A program made the translations under genes and the position numbers. A DNA stretch of 64,000 nt, taken from positions 3,410-67,409 of the forward strand of contig CBFHPQ010000003.1 of NCBI GenBank assembly GCA_965657865.1, given 5' to 3'. This DNA comes from Coraliomargaritaceae bacterium (GTDB lineage: Bacteria > Verrucomicrobiota > Verrucomicrobiia > Opitutales > Coraliomargaritaceae). The notes below the pieces were generated by a model. The model saw only the letters and a list, made by a program, of their open reading frames with translations. It did not search any database and was not told the origin of the DNA. This document shows positions 49,429 to 60,007 of this stretch, one piece after another (position 1 is the first letter of the stretch; the number at the start of each line of letters is the position of its first letter).

Positions 49429-51174
49429 ATGCAAGATTCACAAACAATTCCATCAGACGATACTAACGAACAATTCACTAAAGAGCTTATTGAAGCACCC
49501 ATTGAGGAAAAAGCCGAGCGCATCAATCCGCGAGAGCTCAAAGATGCTGCCGCTGAACGCGCTAAAAAACAACCGCTCGTCAGCCGCATCCTCAAAGTTT
49601 TAAAGAAAGAAAACAAAGCGTATTCCGAACTCATTATAAATTCTGAGCCGCTTGAAAAGCGTGTTGCCCAACTCAAGGACGGAGTCCTAGAAAAGTTTGA
49701 GGTGGAACACGCGGGCGATGCGCGCGAAGTCGGCGCTATTTTTAAAGGCCGAATCCAAAATTTAGAGCCCGGCCTTAAAGCTGCTTTTGTCGACATCGGG
49801 CAACCTAAAAATGCTTTCCTGCATTACTGGGATATTTTACCTGCAGCCAATGACACCTCCGTTGAAGTCGTTCGCGACAACAAATCCGAAAAGCAACGCA
49901 AACGTGAGCAAGAGAAAATCACCACTAAGGACATTCCAAAACTCTACCCCATTGGGAGCGAAATTGTCCTCCAAATTACTAAAGGACAAATCGGAACCAA
50001 AGGTCCACGCACAACGACAAACATTGCACTCCCAGGACGCTTTCTTGTTCTAATGCCTTATGCAGGCACTATGGGAATCTCTCGTAAGATCGAAGACAAA
50101 GGTGAACGCAATCGCCTTAAGAAAATCCTTCGTGAACTGACCCTACCTCCCGGCATGGGAATTATTATTCGCACTGCTGGCGAAGGGAAAAAGAAACGAT
50201 ATTTTGTGCGAGATATTCATATTCTCCTCAAACGTTGGGACGCCATCACAAAACGCATGGAGTCCTCCAATAAACCAACTTGCCTGTACGTTGAACCCAA
50301 TCTCGTAGGACGCACCATTCGCGACTTCTTGACCGAAGATATCGATCGCGTGATGGTAGATAAGCGAGAAGATTACGAACATGTTCTCGAAGAGGTTCTA
50401 AAAATTTCTCCCCGCTCGAAATCAAAAGTCCAGCTCTTCAAGGACGACATTCCCGTCTTTGAGCGTTTCAATATTGAACGACAAATACAGCAAACCTACA
50501 TGCGTTGTGTGCCACTTCCTTCTGGGGGTGAAATCGTAATCGAAGAAACCGAAGCCCTGATCTCAATTGATGTGAACACAGGTTCCCATAAAAACAAGAG
50601 TAAGGACGGCAAAAACTTTATTCTTCAAGTTAACCTCGAAGCAGCTACCGAGATTGCTCGCCAAATCCGTCTCCGCAATATCGGTGGTTTAATCATTATG
50701 GACTTTATCGACATGAAGTCCAAAAAGGATCGCAACTCTGTTCTCCAGCGAATGCGTCGTGAAATGGCAGGCGATAAAGCTAAAAGCCATATCCTCCCGA
50801 TCTCAACGCTTGGAATCATGCAGATGACACGCCAGCGCCACAGCGAGAGTCATTCAAGCGGGACAAATACCGAATGCCCTTACTGCAATGGTCGCGGTTC
50901 GGTAAAATCTTCACGTACCCTCAGTGTTGAAATTCAACGCCGCCTCATCAGCGTAATTCGCCATTACCGCGCACGCGATGGAGTCGATCAAGAAATTTGC
51001 CTGCGTGTGCTTCTGCACCCAACCAATCTTGAACGTCTTCGCAATGAAGACGAAGACCTCTTACTTGAAATCGAAAAATCTTACGGAGCAAAACTTTCGT
51101 TCCGAGCAGACCCGATTTATCACGTCGAAAATTTCAAAATTGTTGATGCGGAGACTGGTCAAGAACAACGCTAA
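49429..51174 (+). CDS. rng: ribonuclease G/E family endoribonuclease
   Basis: S1 domain ([24 protein letters not shown]), DNase-I-like segment (SIDVNTG), [12 protein letters not shown], and the Zn-link CPYCNGRG. Confidence 0.9.
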   Translation: MQDSQTIPSDDTNEQFTKELIEAPIEEKAERINPRELKDAAAERAKKQPLVSRILKVLKKENKAYSELIINSEPLEKRVAQLKDGVLEKFEVEHAGDAREVGAIFKGRIQNLEPGLKAAFVDIGQPKNAFLHYWDILPAANDTSVEVVRDNKSEKQRKREQEKITTKDIPKLYPIGSEIVLQITKGQIGTKGPRTTTNIALPGRFLVLMPYAGTMGISRKIEDKGERNRLKKILRELTLPPGMGIIIRTAGEGKKKRYFVRDIHILLKRWDAITKRMESSNKPTCLYVEPNLVGRTIRDFLTEDIDRVMVDKREDYEHVLEEVLKISPRSKSKVQLFKDDIPVFERFNIERQIQQTYMRCVPLPSGGEIVIEETEALISIDVNTGSHKNKSKDGKNFILQVNLEAATEIARQIRLRNIGGLIIMDFIDMKSKKDRNSVLQRMRREMAGDKAKSHILPISTLGIMQMTRQRHSESHSSGTNTECPYCNGRGSVKSSRTLSVEIQRRLISVIRHYRARDGVDQEICLRVLLHPTNLERLRNEDEDLLLEIEKSYGAKLSFRADPIYHVENFKIVDAETGQEQR

Positions 51175-51215
51175 GAAAACTTGCTAATGAATTGTCTCTC
51201 AAACGCTTGCTCATA

Positions 51216-51872
51216 ATGAAAGATGAATTAAAGCATTTGTTTGAAGAAAAAAACCGGCGCATTCGGCGGCTCAAGCGATGGTTACGCCCCCTCCCGAGGC
51301 GGACCAACATTCATCGCTACCCAATTCTCAATTGGTTTTCAAAAACCGCTCGCAAACGACTCTACTTGTGGAGTTTTCGTTCCGAGCATGCCGTGCCTGC
51401 ACTGCAAATTGGTTGTATCTTAACGCTCCTCCCAATTTATGGACTCCAACTGCCACTGGCATTTTTGTTCGCACTCGTCGCGCGCGCAAACTTGCCCATC
51501 CTTGCAGGACTGCAGCTCATCACTAATCCATTTACCGTGCTCCCGATCTGGTTCACTCTTTACCAAATCGGACGGCAAACCCTTTCCATTGTCGGAGTCC
51601 AAGCAAGCGCTTTTCATAGAGAGTCCATCGCAACCTTGATTGATAATTTCACTTCAGGAGAATGGGGTAACAACTTTGATACCTTAGCATCCGTCTTCGG
51701 AATCACTACCCTCGGCGGCGTTATTGTCGGTACCTTCTTTGGCATCGTTCTCGGCTTTGTCTATCGCATCGTCGCTAAGCGCACCCAAAAAAGCTACCAA
51801 CTGCTTCATAACCAACTCGAGCAACTCAAAAAAACACTGCTCAACAAAGAATCTGAAACGCACGATGATTAA
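51216..51872 (+). CDS. DUF2062 family membrane protein
   Basis: [47 protein letters not shown] matches the DUF2062 core. The track start at 51192 is TTG, and I prefer ATG 51216. Confidence 0.65.
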   Translation: MKDELKHLFEEKNRRIRRLKRWLRPLPRRTNIHRYPILNWFSKTARKRLYLWSFRSEHAVPALQIGCILTLLPIYGLQLPLAFLFALVARANLPILAGLQLITNPFTVLPIWFTLYQIGRQTLSIVGVQASAFHRESIATLIDNFTSGEWGNNFDTLASVFGITTLGGVIVGTFFGIVLGFVYRIVAKRTQKSYQLLHNQLEQLKKTLLNKESETHDD

Positions 51873-53124
51873 AACCCTCTTCACTAGCTGCATCCTTCTT
51901 ACAATAACCCTTACGCAGTTTCTCGCTAGCTCAAGCGCTCAAAAGATTCAACTTGGCATCGACGTCCTAGTAGAAAATAACTTCCGACAAGTTGCCAATA
52001 AACGCATCGGACTCCTAACGCATCCTGCAGGTGTTAATCGCTTTGGACGTAGCACCATTGATATCCTCTATCGTGCAAAAAATACTCGCCTTGTTGCCCT
52101 CTTCGGGCCCGAGCACGGGATCTATGGCGACGAAAAAGCAAACAAGCCTATTCCCAATCGAATCGACTCTCGTACTGGACTTCCTGTTTACTCCCTCTAC
52201 GGAAAATACCGTTGGCCAAGCGACGAAATGCTCAAAGGCCTCGATGCAATGGTCATTGATCTTCAAGACATCGGCGTCCGCTCCTACACCTACGTAAGTT
52301 GCATGATTCGTACTATGGAGTCCTGCTTCGCAAATGGAATCGAAGTTATTGTGCTCGATCGCCCCAACCCTCTAGGCGGCCTGAAAGTAGACGGACCTCC
52401 ACTCGACCCTGAATGGCGTTCCTACGTAGGCGATATTTTTACCCCCTATGTGCACGGTCTCACCATCGCAGAAATTGCATACATCGCCCGAAATACCAAA
52501 GGTTGGTTGCGCCCCGAGAAAGTCGATAGCCGCCAACTGCGCCGCGCTCGCTTAACTCTCGTCCCAATGCGCGGATGGAAGCGTTCTATGTTATGGACCG
52601 ACACGGGACTGAAGTGGATTCCCACCTCCCCGTATATTCAAAATTTATCTGCAGTTCTAGGGTACTCGATGGTCGGTCTAGGTGCGCAAGAAGGTGATTT
52701 CTCTCACGGCATAGGCACTCCTTATCCGTTTCGACTACTTCGCTATAAAGGTAAACCAGCCCTTGAAGTGCAACGCGCGCTCGCTCGCATACGCCTCCCC
52801 GGACTCCAATTTAAAATCTTAAAAACAAAAACCAAAGCAGGCGCACCTATCGAAGGTGTTTACACCCAAGTGACCGATTGGAACGCCCTTCGACCAACGG
52901 AAGTCAGTTTCTACATGATGCAACTCGCCGCCCGCTGGGACTCTGGTAATCCCTTTGCCACAGCAAAAAACGCAAACCTCTTTAATAAACACGTTGGCAG
53001 TTCTGCTTGGTGGAAGGAAATCAGCACCCGCGATTCAAACGCACGCGTCGGAAGTTTCGTCCAACTCTGGGAACGTCAAGCCCTCGAGTTTCAGAAAAAA
53101 TACAAACGTTACTGGCTTTACTAA
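51865..53124 (+). CDS. DUF1343 family protein (NamZ-like exo-beta-N-acetylmuramidase)
   Basis: A signal peptide follows the internal ATG at 51865. GIDVL...[12 protein letters not shown]...ALFGPEHG...[12 protein letters not shown] is the DUF1343 pattern. The start overlaps the DUF2062 stop (ATGATTAA). Confidence 0.75.
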   Translation: MIKTLFTSCILLTITLTQFLASSSAQKIQLGIDVLVENNFRQVANKRIGLLTHPAGVNRFGRSTIDILYRAKNTRLVALFGPEHGIYGDEKANKPIPNRIDSRTGLPVYSLYGKYRWPSDEMLKGLDAMVIDLQDIGVRSYTYVSCMIRTMESCFANGIEVIVLDRPNPLGGLKVDGPPLDPEWRSYVGDIFTPYVHGLTIAEIAYIARNTKGWLRPEKVDSRQLRRARLTLVPMRGWKRSMLWTDTGLKWIPTSPYIQNLSAVLGYSMVGLGAQEGDFSHGIGTPYPFRLLRYKGKPALEVQRALARIRLPGLQFKILKTKTKAGAPIEGVYTQVTDWNALRPTEVSFYMMQLAARWDSGNPFATAKNANLFNKHVGSSAWWKEISTRDSNARVGSFVQLWERQALEFQKKYKRYWLY

Positions 53125-53144
53125 TTCTTGATTCAGTACGGTGC

Positions 53145-54506
53145 TTATGAATCCAGTAAACTTCGTACCGCTTTCCAGTTAGGCTTACCCTGTTCATTTA
53201 AAGGTAATGCCTCGACTCGGCAAATAACCTTCGGAAGTTTATAATCTACCAAGGAACGCTTTAATTGCGGCGCTAGACTGAGTTCTTTGGTACTCACATA
53301 AAACGCCACTACGCGCTCTGCCCATTCCACATCGGGTAGCCCTAATACAAGTGCATCCCTAACCTCTGGAATCGATTTCAAAACTGCCTCCACTTCGAGC
53401 GGGTCGACTTTCTCACCGCCCGTTATAATTAAACGATCTAATCGACCCTCTAAATGCAGACAGCCTGAAGCGTCGATATAACCCAGATCGTCCGTTAAAA
53501 ATCCATCTACTAAATCAGACGTTTGTGTTCCTCCTAAATAGCCTTTAAACAATGCAGGTGTCTGCACATGCACTCGACCTAGGGAACCCACTGAACAGTC
53601 TTTGCCTTCAGCATTCACCACCGAAACTTTGGCAGCACCTAACACTCGTCCCGCGTTCAGCGCTCCCTCTAAAAATTCTGCTTTTGGTAAAGCCGTCACC
53701 ACCGCCGCCGTCTCGGTCATCCCATAACTTAAAAATATCGGAAGCTTCGCCGCACGCGCTCTATTTGCTAAGTCCTCAGACATCGCACCGCCTCCCATCA
53801 AAATCCCCTCCACCGCTTGTAAAGCACATCGCACCGCATCCAACTTTAGAAATCGTTCCAACTGAGTCGTCACCAAAGAAACCACCGTGCCCGCATCCAA
53901 GCTAGAAATTAATTCCGTCTCCAATTCCCGATTCGGAAAAACAATTTCCATCCTCAGCTCGAAACTGCGAATCAACTGCATCAAACCGCTTACATGATAC
54001 AAAGGCAGTAAGCAGGACAAACGTTTCGCGTTAGAATCAAACAGAGACTGCCATCCTGAAACAGATGCAACCAAGGTTCCCCAATCATGCTGCGCGAACT
54101 TAACACCACCTGTGCTTCCACCCGTCGCAATCCAAATCGAACCTTTGGGTAATGAGATGCGTTGCCGCTCTGTGCTTTCAGTCGACGCAGCCACTTCTGC
54201 AACCTGCTTCACAACTGCATCTCCACCGAAAATATCTGTGGGTTCAATTAAAGTTAAAACCGACCTCCACTCAATTACACCCCATTCAGGATTTCCTAAA
54301 ACTACAGGACGACCCAAATACACCGCCGCCATAAAAATCTGAGCAAAGCGATACGAATCACTCTCGCACAATAAAACCGTTCCTTCCGAATTTCCCCGAA
54401 GCGCATTCAAGTATTTTTGAACACCCCCAGAAAATACCGAGCCCTCAGTCCCAACAATCCAAGAGCGTTCAAGTGAAGCTAATTCAAATGGCGGATTCCA
54501 GTCCAT
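53145..54506 (-). CDS. menE: o-succinylbenzoate-CoA ligase (AMP-binding enzyme)
   Basis: It has AMP-binding motifs (TGGSTGGVK, SYGMTET, ITGGEKV). The function is assigned from its adjacency and overlap with menC. Confidence 0.7.
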   Translation of the reverse strand: MDWNPPFELASLERSWIVGTEGSVFSGGVQKYLNALRGNSEGTVLLCESDSYRFAQIFMAAVYLGRPVVLGNPEWGVIEWRSVLTLIEPTDIFGGDAVVKQVAEVAASTESTERQRISLPKGSIWIATGGSTGGVKFAQHDWGTLVASVSGWQSLFDSNAKRLSCLLPLYHVSGLMQLIRSFELRMEIVFPNRELETELISSLDAGTVVSLVTTQLERFLKLDAVRCALQAVEGILMGGGAMSEDLANRARAAKLPIFLSYGMTETAAVVTALPKAEFLEGALNAGRVLGAAKVSVVNAEGKDCSVGSLGRVHVQTPALFKGYLGGTQTSDLVDGFLTDDLGYIDASGCLHLEGRLDRLIITGGEKVDPLEVEAVLKSIPEVRDALVLGLPDVEWAERVVAFYVSTKELSLAPQLKRSLVDYKLPKVICRVEALPLNEQGKPNWKAVRSLLDS

Positions 54507-55471
54507 AGTTGTTCAAGATTTATCTCCGCTCGATCAGTCATCCTTATACGAGGACTCTCACAGCGACCTGAAAGTAAATCCGAAAACGCCAAAGTATCAA
54601 ACCCAAGCGCATACTTCAAAGACGGTAAGGCATCCGCTAGCGAAAGCACATTTACCAAACCCACACCCGTTTCAAAAACCGATGACAAAACCACTCGTTC
54701 CGAAAATAATTCTAAGCGATCTCGCAATACTTCACAATCTCCCATCAACATCGCCTTCACGACAAGCGCACCCGGCCACTCAGCTAAATGCGTATCAGCG
54801 CTTTCACCATTTAGTGATTCATCCAATGCAATTTCAATTCCCGAGACATCACGCCCCTTTAACATCCTTGCCTCTGCGCCCACCGCCAAGGGTTGCTCAA
54901 TAAATTCAACCCACTTCGCTCGAGGTTTTAAAAATGCCAACCATTCCGCAAATTCCGCTTCAGTCCATCCCGCATTGGCATCCAATCGTAATCGCTGACC
55001 CAGCGACAAGGAATCAATCAACGATTCAAAAAGCGCCTGCTCCTCTGCAATCGGCGCAACTCCCACTTTCCATTTAAACGTTTCATACCCTGCCTCCAGC
55101 TTCGTCTTTAAAACTTCTAAAGCGCTCGTGCCCGCAGGCAATAATCCCGCCACTAAATACTCACGTTTTTCATTAGTAGAAAACATGCCCCTTGCTTGCG
55201 CTAAAGCAGCGCTCACCCCAAAATTGCAACACGGCAACCCCTCTAAACCCAAAATTTTGCCTTCAGATATAAATTTTTTTAAGCCCATTTCAGCCGCCTT
55301 TAAGTCCTCCGTACCAAACTCAGGCAAAGGCGCCACCTCACCAAATCCAACCCCGCTTTCCGCTTCAATCCTAACAATCAAGCCCTCTCTAAGCGACCAC
55401 ACCCCTCGACTCGTTTCGAGTGGATTCACAAATGTGCGCCCATACGCTAAGCTCTCAACAGTATATAACAT
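54479..55471 (-). CDS. menC: o-succinylbenzoate synthase (enolase superfamily)
   Basis: Enolase-superfamily metal ligands are present (RLDANAGW, IEQP, ALDES). I prefer the internal ATG at 55471. Confidence 0.7.
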   Translation of the reverse strand: MLYTVESLAYGRTFVNPLETSRGVWSLREGLIVRIEAESGVGFGEVAPLPEFGTEDLKAAEMGLKKFISEGKILGLEGLPCCNFGVSAALAQARGMFSTNEKREYLVAGLLPAGTSALEVLKTKLEAGYETFKWKVGVAPIAEEQALFESLIDSLSLGQRLRLDANAGWTEAEFAEWLAFLKPRAKWVEFIEQPLAVGAEARMLKGRDVSGIEIALDESLNGESADTHLAEWPGALVVKAMLMGDCEVLRDRLELFSERVVLSSVFETGVGLVNVLSLADALPSLKYALGFDTLAFSDLLSGRCESPRIRMTDRAEINLEQLWTGIRHLN

Positions 55472-55526
55472 TACATAGAGTGTGTTTTCGGCTTGAGAAA
55501 AGACAACTATTTGATGCAATCAGCGA

Positions 55527-57104
55527 ATGAAAGCTTCTGCTAATATGAATGATAACGGCTTCTATCTACCAGCCGACCAGTTCTTCACCGCGAACTTGCC
55601 CGTAGGTTTGACCTACGACGACCTTTCCCTCGCGACCCTCTATTCAGAGATTCTTCCGCGACAAACTGACCTGCGTACCCACATCGCGCCGTCTCTCGAA
55701 TTACAGATTCCCATTATCTCGTCAGACATGGACACCGTCACTGAGTCCAAAATGGCGATTCAAATGGCTCTCAACGGCGGACTCGGTTTGATCCATTACA
55801 ATATGAGCGACGAAAAACAAGTGCACGAAGTCGCTCGCGTCAAAAATCATATTCATGGTTACATTCAAGACCCAATTATAACAACCCCCGAGCAAACCAT
55901 TGGTGAAGTATTAGAATTTATTCAGTCACGGGGCTTCGGATTCAGCACCTTCCCTGTTGTAGATGCCAAAAACAAATTACTCGGACTCCTACCAGGGCGC
56001 GTCGTTAAACCACGGTATGCCAACCGTCTCGTCACCGAGGCCATGACCCCGCGCGATCAAGTCTATACCATTCAAGAAACAGAAATCTGCAAAGATCCCA
56101 TTAAAACAGCCGACGCATTCTTTACTGAACACCTCGGGATTCATAAACTTTTGGTTGTCGATTCTGAAGACCGCCTGTGTGGCCTCTTTACACTCAGCGA
56201 CATCGAACGCATCGAGGACGAAGCGCGACAATCCGTAAAACCTGCTCGCGATGATCAATTCCGCCTCCGCTGTGGTGCCGCAATTTCCGCTCACCGCAAC
56301 CCAGACGGGAGCCTCGATACCGAACGCATCGTAAACCACGTTTCTCTACTGGTTGAAGAAGGCGTTGATGCCATTGCGGTTTCCACTGCCCACGGATTTA
56401 CTAAAGGCGTTGGTGATACCGTTCGCCTCCTTCGCTCTCAATTTAAAGATCTGGTTCTCATTGCGGGCAACGTCACTAGTGCCGAAGGCGTCAATTTCTT
56501 AGCCGAAGCCGGCGCCAACAGTATTAAAATTGGTCAAGGGCCCGGTTCTATCTGCACCACTCGCGTGGTTGCGGGTGTCGGGATACCACAAATGACCGCC
56601 CTCTACATTGCCTCCCTTGCTGCTAAAGAAAAAGGCATTTCTATTCTCGCTGATGGTGGGATCACAAAATCAGGAGATATTGTCAAAGCCCTTACCTTAG
56701 CTGACGGCGTTATGTGCGGAAGCCTCCTTGCAGGTTGCAATGAAGCGCCTGGTCAGATTATCGAAATCAATGGAAAACTTTATAAACAGTATCGTGGAAT
56801 GGGAAGCTCCGCAGCCATGAAAGACGGCTCCGCAGCTCGATATGGCCACGACCGCAAAGACGTTGCCACCAAAGCGGCACCCGAAGGCATTGAAGCACTT
56901 AAAGAAGCAGCCGGTTCCCTTTCTGGGGTACTGAGCGAACTAATTGGAGGTATCCAATCAGGCATGGGCTATCTCGGCGCAGCCACCCTACCCGAATTAC
57001 GCAACAACGCCCGTTATATCCGCGTAAGCCCAGCGGGGCAGCGCGAATCCGCTCCGCATGACGTTATCACCGTCAAGACCAGTGAAACTGACTCTACGAA
57101 ATAA
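55527..57104 (+). CDS. guaB: IMP dehydrogenase
   Basis: LTYDDLSL, a CBS pair, [11 protein letters not shown]-like ([11 protein letters not shown]) and GGI..SGD are present. The start may instead be 55545. Confidence 0.95.
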   Translation: MKASANMNDNGFYLPADQFFTANLPVGLTYDDLSLATLYSEILPRQTDLRTHIAPSLELQIPIISSDMDTVTESKMAIQMALNGGLGLIHYNMSDEKQVHEVARVKNHIHGYIQDPIITTPEQTIGEVLEFIQSRGFGFSTFPVVDAKNKLLGLLPGRVVKPRYANRLVTEAMTPRDQVYTIQETEICKDPIKTADAFFTEHLGIHKLLVVDSEDRLCGLFTLSDIERIEDEARQSVKPARDDQFRLRCGAAISAHRNPDGSLDTERIVNHVSLLVEEGVDAIAVSTAHGFTKGVGDTVRLLRSQFKDLVLIAGNVTSAEGVNFLAEAGANSIKIGQGPGSICTTRVVAGVGIPQMTALYIASLAAKEKGISILADGGITKSGDIVKALTLADGVMCGSLLAGCNEAPGQIIEINGKLYKQYRGMGSSAAMKDGSAARYGHDRKDVATKAAPEGIEALKEAAGSLSGVLSELIGGIQSGMGYLGAATLPELRNNARYIRVSPAGQRESAPHDVITVKTSETDSTK

Positions 57105-57118
57105 ACTAGTTCATTAAA

Positions 57119-58666
57119 ATGCTCACTCCATTCCAGAGCCAACTTATCGCCGATACTGGCATCTCTACTGGCGACGAAGGCAAAGGCCGCGTCATCCTTG
57201 AAATCGTTAACGAACTTCGCGAAGTCACAGGCCGCCAAGACGCAGTCGGAGCAGTCATGAAAGTCAACGGCGGTTCGAACTCTGGACACACCGTTGCAGG
57301 TTTAAAATTAAACCTTCTCCCTGGAGGTGTAGCAGATTCTAATATCCCTTACCTCCCAATTGGTTGCGGAGTCGTCGCCGACCCACGCAAATTTTTATGG
57401 GAGTGCGAATACGCCGAACTGCATGGACACTGTGCCCTTACGCGTCTTGCTATTGATGAACGATGTCTACTCTCCGACCTCAGTCATCGCCTCCTCGACC
57501 TTGCTTGGGAAGATTATCGAACCCATGTTTTAGGCGGTGAACCGCGTGGCTCAACGGGTCGCGGCATTACACCAGCTTACCTCGATGAAGTTGGGCAATT
57601 CCAAATTTACTACGCGGATCTCCTCGCGCCTAAAGCAACTTTTTCCAAAAAATTTGAAGAACGCATTGCGCGCACCCTTCGCATCATTGAGCACGTCTGC
57701 CAAGTTGCCCCCGAACGCTGGGAAGGCTTTTTTAAAACACTTACCGAGGCTGAATCGCGTGCTAACGCAGAAATTATCGACGCGGGTAAAGTCGCCGCTA
57801 AGGAATTTGATTTTAGTCAATTTGCCGGTTCCGAGCCCTTCACCCTTAAGGTCGAAGCCCTCATCGAAACCTATTGGAACGCCGGACAAATACTCGCTCC
57901 TCAAATCAAAGACGTACGCGAACTCGTCCTGCGTGAAAAAGATCAAGGACGTTTCATCATCGGAGAATTTGGGCAAGCTTACTGGCTCGACAAGCGTCAT
58001 GGCTTTGCTCCCAACGTCACCGCTTCGCATACCTTTACCCCCGAGTTTTTCCAATCGGCAGGCATTCCCGTGCAACCCATTCACAACATTGGATGCTGCA
58101 AAGCCTACGATACCAAAGTTGGAACCCATGTTTTTCTATCAGAAATAGACCTCGATCATCCCCTCAGCAAACAACTGCGGCAAATCGAATTCGGAGCTAC
58201 TACGGGACGCCAACGCATGGTCGGTTGGTACGATGCCGTTGAAAAAGGCGATGCCCTTCGCTACGGAGGCTACCAAGACCTTGTGCTCAACAAACTCGAC
58301 GCCCTTACTCATTCGGGTGAATGGAATAGTGAACTCCAAATCTGCATTGCCTATCAAGACCCCGACGGCAAAACCCTTTATCACGTTCCGCGCGACGATG
58401 TGTACCGCCGCACCCTCAAGCCCGTCTATAAGAAAATACCTGGCTGGACTGAAGACATCTCAACTGTCCGCCACTTCAATGACCTTCCTGACAACGCTAA
58501 GCGATACGTCGCTGAAATGCTCAAGGCCCTCGTGACCGTCGCCAACCACGGTGATCAAAACACGCGCATTCTACCAAATCTTCGTTACATCGGAGTCGGC
58601 CCCGAACCCAGTCAAATTATTAAAGACGTTCCTGAAATTGAAACGCTTCTCAAATTAGCTAATTAA
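57119..58666 (+). CDS. purA: adenylosuccinate synthetase, divergent long form (515 aa)
   Basis: GDEGKGR P-loop, [32 protein letters not shown] and a C-terminal IGVGPEP are collinear with PurA motifs. They are separated by extra sequence. Confidence 0.7.
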   Translation: MLTPFQSQLIADTGISTGDEGKGRVILEIVNELREVTGRQDAVGAVMKVNGGSNSGHTVAGLKLNLLPGGVADSNIPYLPIGCGVVADPRKFLWECEYAELHGHCALTRLAIDERCLLSDLSHRLLDLAWEDYRTHVLGGEPRGSTGRGITPAYLDEVGQFQIYYADLLAPKATFSKKFEERIARTLRIIEHVCQVAPERWEGFFKTLTEAESRANAEIIDAGKVAAKEFDFSQFAGSEPFTLKVEALIETYWNAGQILAPQIKDVRELVLREKDQGRFIIGEFGQAYWLDKRHGFAPNVTASHTFTPEFFQSAGIPVQPIHNIGCCKAYDTKVGTHVFLSEIDLDHPLSKQLRQIEFGATTGRQRMVGWYDAVEKGDALRYGGYQDLVLNKLDALTHSGEWNSELQICIAYQDPDGKTLYHVPRDDVYRRTLKPVYKKIPGWTEDISTVRHFNDLPDNAKRYVAEMLKALVTVANHGDQNTRILPNLRYIGVGPEPSQIIKDVPEIETLLKLAN

Positions 58667-58677
58667 AGTATTCCGTC

Positions 58678-59097
58678 TTATTCACCCTGATAGCTCAGAA
58701 CAATGCGACGCGATTGACTCAAGGTTCGGTGTTCCCAAAGAAAAACCCCCTGCCATGTACCTAAACACAAACGCCCCTCGACAAAAGGAATCACCTCCGC
58801 TGTCCGAGTAAGCGCCATCTTTATATGACTTGGCATATCATCTGCCCCTTCATACGTGTGGGTAAAATCAGGATCATCCTCTGGCACTAAACGATCAACA
58901 AATCGCTCTAGATCACGACGCGCTGAAGGATCCGCATTTTCCATAATTACAAGACTGCAACTTGTGTGGCAGCAAAAGACGGTCACTGTTCCCTCGCGAA
59001 GTCCCGATTCACTCAAACCCTTTGCAACCGCTTCCGTTATTTCCGAAGTCTCTTTTCCAGATGCACGCGCCTCAATTACTTTTGTATATACCTTCAT
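58678..59097 (-). CDS. yjbQ: YjbQ/UPF0047 family protein (secondary thiamine-phosphate synthase)
   Basis: 139 aa, with CCHTSCSLVIMEN and DDMPSHIK motifs. Confidence 0.85.
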   Translation of the reverse strand: MKVYTKVIEARASGKETSEITEAVAKGLSESGLREGTVTVFCCHTSCSLVIMENADPSARRDLERFVDRLVPEDDPDFTHTYEGADDMPSHIKMALTRTAEVIPFVEGRLCLGTWQGVFLWEHRTLSQSRRIVLSYQGE

Positions 59098-59250
59098 TAC
59101 TGTTTAAAATTGTAGGGTTATATTGTATTGAAGAATTAAATTAGTACGGCATCCTGCGATTGCAATGTCGCAAACCTTAAGACTCAGAGAGTCAAAGAGC
59201 CTTAATTCTTGCCATCTCTAGAATGCCAACGGTAAGTTCTTAGAAGTTTA

Positions 59251-59937
59251 ATGAAAGCCTGCATCCTTAACTTAAAAGCTTCAGTCCTATTGCCACTTGT
59301 GTGGGTCGGCATTCTGCACTGCCAAGCAATTCCTCTATTAGAATGGAATCAACTTGAAGTCCGGACTGAAATGAAACCAGATCAATCAGTTGCATATCTT
59401 GACTTCAGAGTAACAAACCGCGATGAAGAGACTTTTCGAATAAGTGAAATTGAAACCTCTGCGGGTAATATTACGGTGCGGACGGATCGCCGAATTTTAA
59501 AACCTGCACAAAGCTGTAATATCCGTGCTGTTTTTAATAAAGGAAAACGTACAGGAAAACATAGAGAAAGTCTCTTTGTGTATCTTGAGGGCTTTGAAAA
59601 ACCCATCACCACTCTTAATCTATACGTACATATTCCAGAACTTGTATCCACCAAGCCAAATCTCCTATACTGGGGTCCAGAAGATAAAAAAACTTCAAAA
59701 AGTGTATTCCTAACCATTGATGCACGTTACATAAAAGATATAGAAACCATTCGCTACGATCCCTTAGAATTCAATCTCACTCAAACGAGTGACCCTGAGA
59801 ACCCTGCTTCTTTTAAACTAACAATTGAACCTGTTAATTTTGCCATCCCAGTGCGAGATATCATTACCGTTCGCGCGTTAACTCATAGCGGCAATCCTAT
59901 CGAGACCCACATTCAAGTTCTTGTACGCACCAACTGA
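59251..59937 (+). CDS. secreted hypothetical protein, DUF1573-like Ig-fold repeats
   Basis: Signal peptide. FRVTNRDEETFRISEIETSAGNITV...KPAQSCNIRAVF resembles DUF1573, but the usual CGC motif is replaced. Confidence 0.4.
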   Translation: MKACILNLKASVLLPLVWVGILHCQAIPLLEWNQLEVRTEMKPDQSVAYLDFRVTNRDEETFRISEIETSAGNITVRTDRRILKPAQSCNIRAVFNKGKRTGKHRESLFVYLEGFEKPITTLNLYVHIPELVSTKPNLLYWGPEDKKTSKSVFLTIDARYIKDIETIRYDPLEFNLTQTSDPENPASFKLTIEPVNFAIPVRDIITVRALTHSGNPIETHIQVLVRTN

Positions 59938-59982
59938 CCCGTTTCAAAATTTGCGCGCAATAAAGATTTTAAAGAAGAACTC

Positions 59983-60005
59983 TAGGCATACGCCTATTTT
60001 CTTTT
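59983..60005 (+). terminator. weak rho-independent terminator
   Basis: TAGGC-ATAC-GCCTA (5-bp stem) followed by TTTTCTTTTT. Confidence 0.35.
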
Positions 60006-60007
60006 TC

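Noticed and set aside
49353-49796. 147-aa minus-strand ORF overlapping the 5' end of rng
   Set aside because: It is antisense to a well-supported RNase G/E gene, and its product is Ser/Ala/Arg-rich low-complexity sequence.
57537-58148. Unusually long alternative-frame ORFs inside purA (203 aa on plus, 192 aa on minus at 57551-58129)
   Set aside because: The purA frame carries collinear PurA motifs across this region. The alternative products are low-complexity (S/P/L/K-rich). I treat them as shadow ORFs, although they coincide with the divergent, insert-containing part of PurA.
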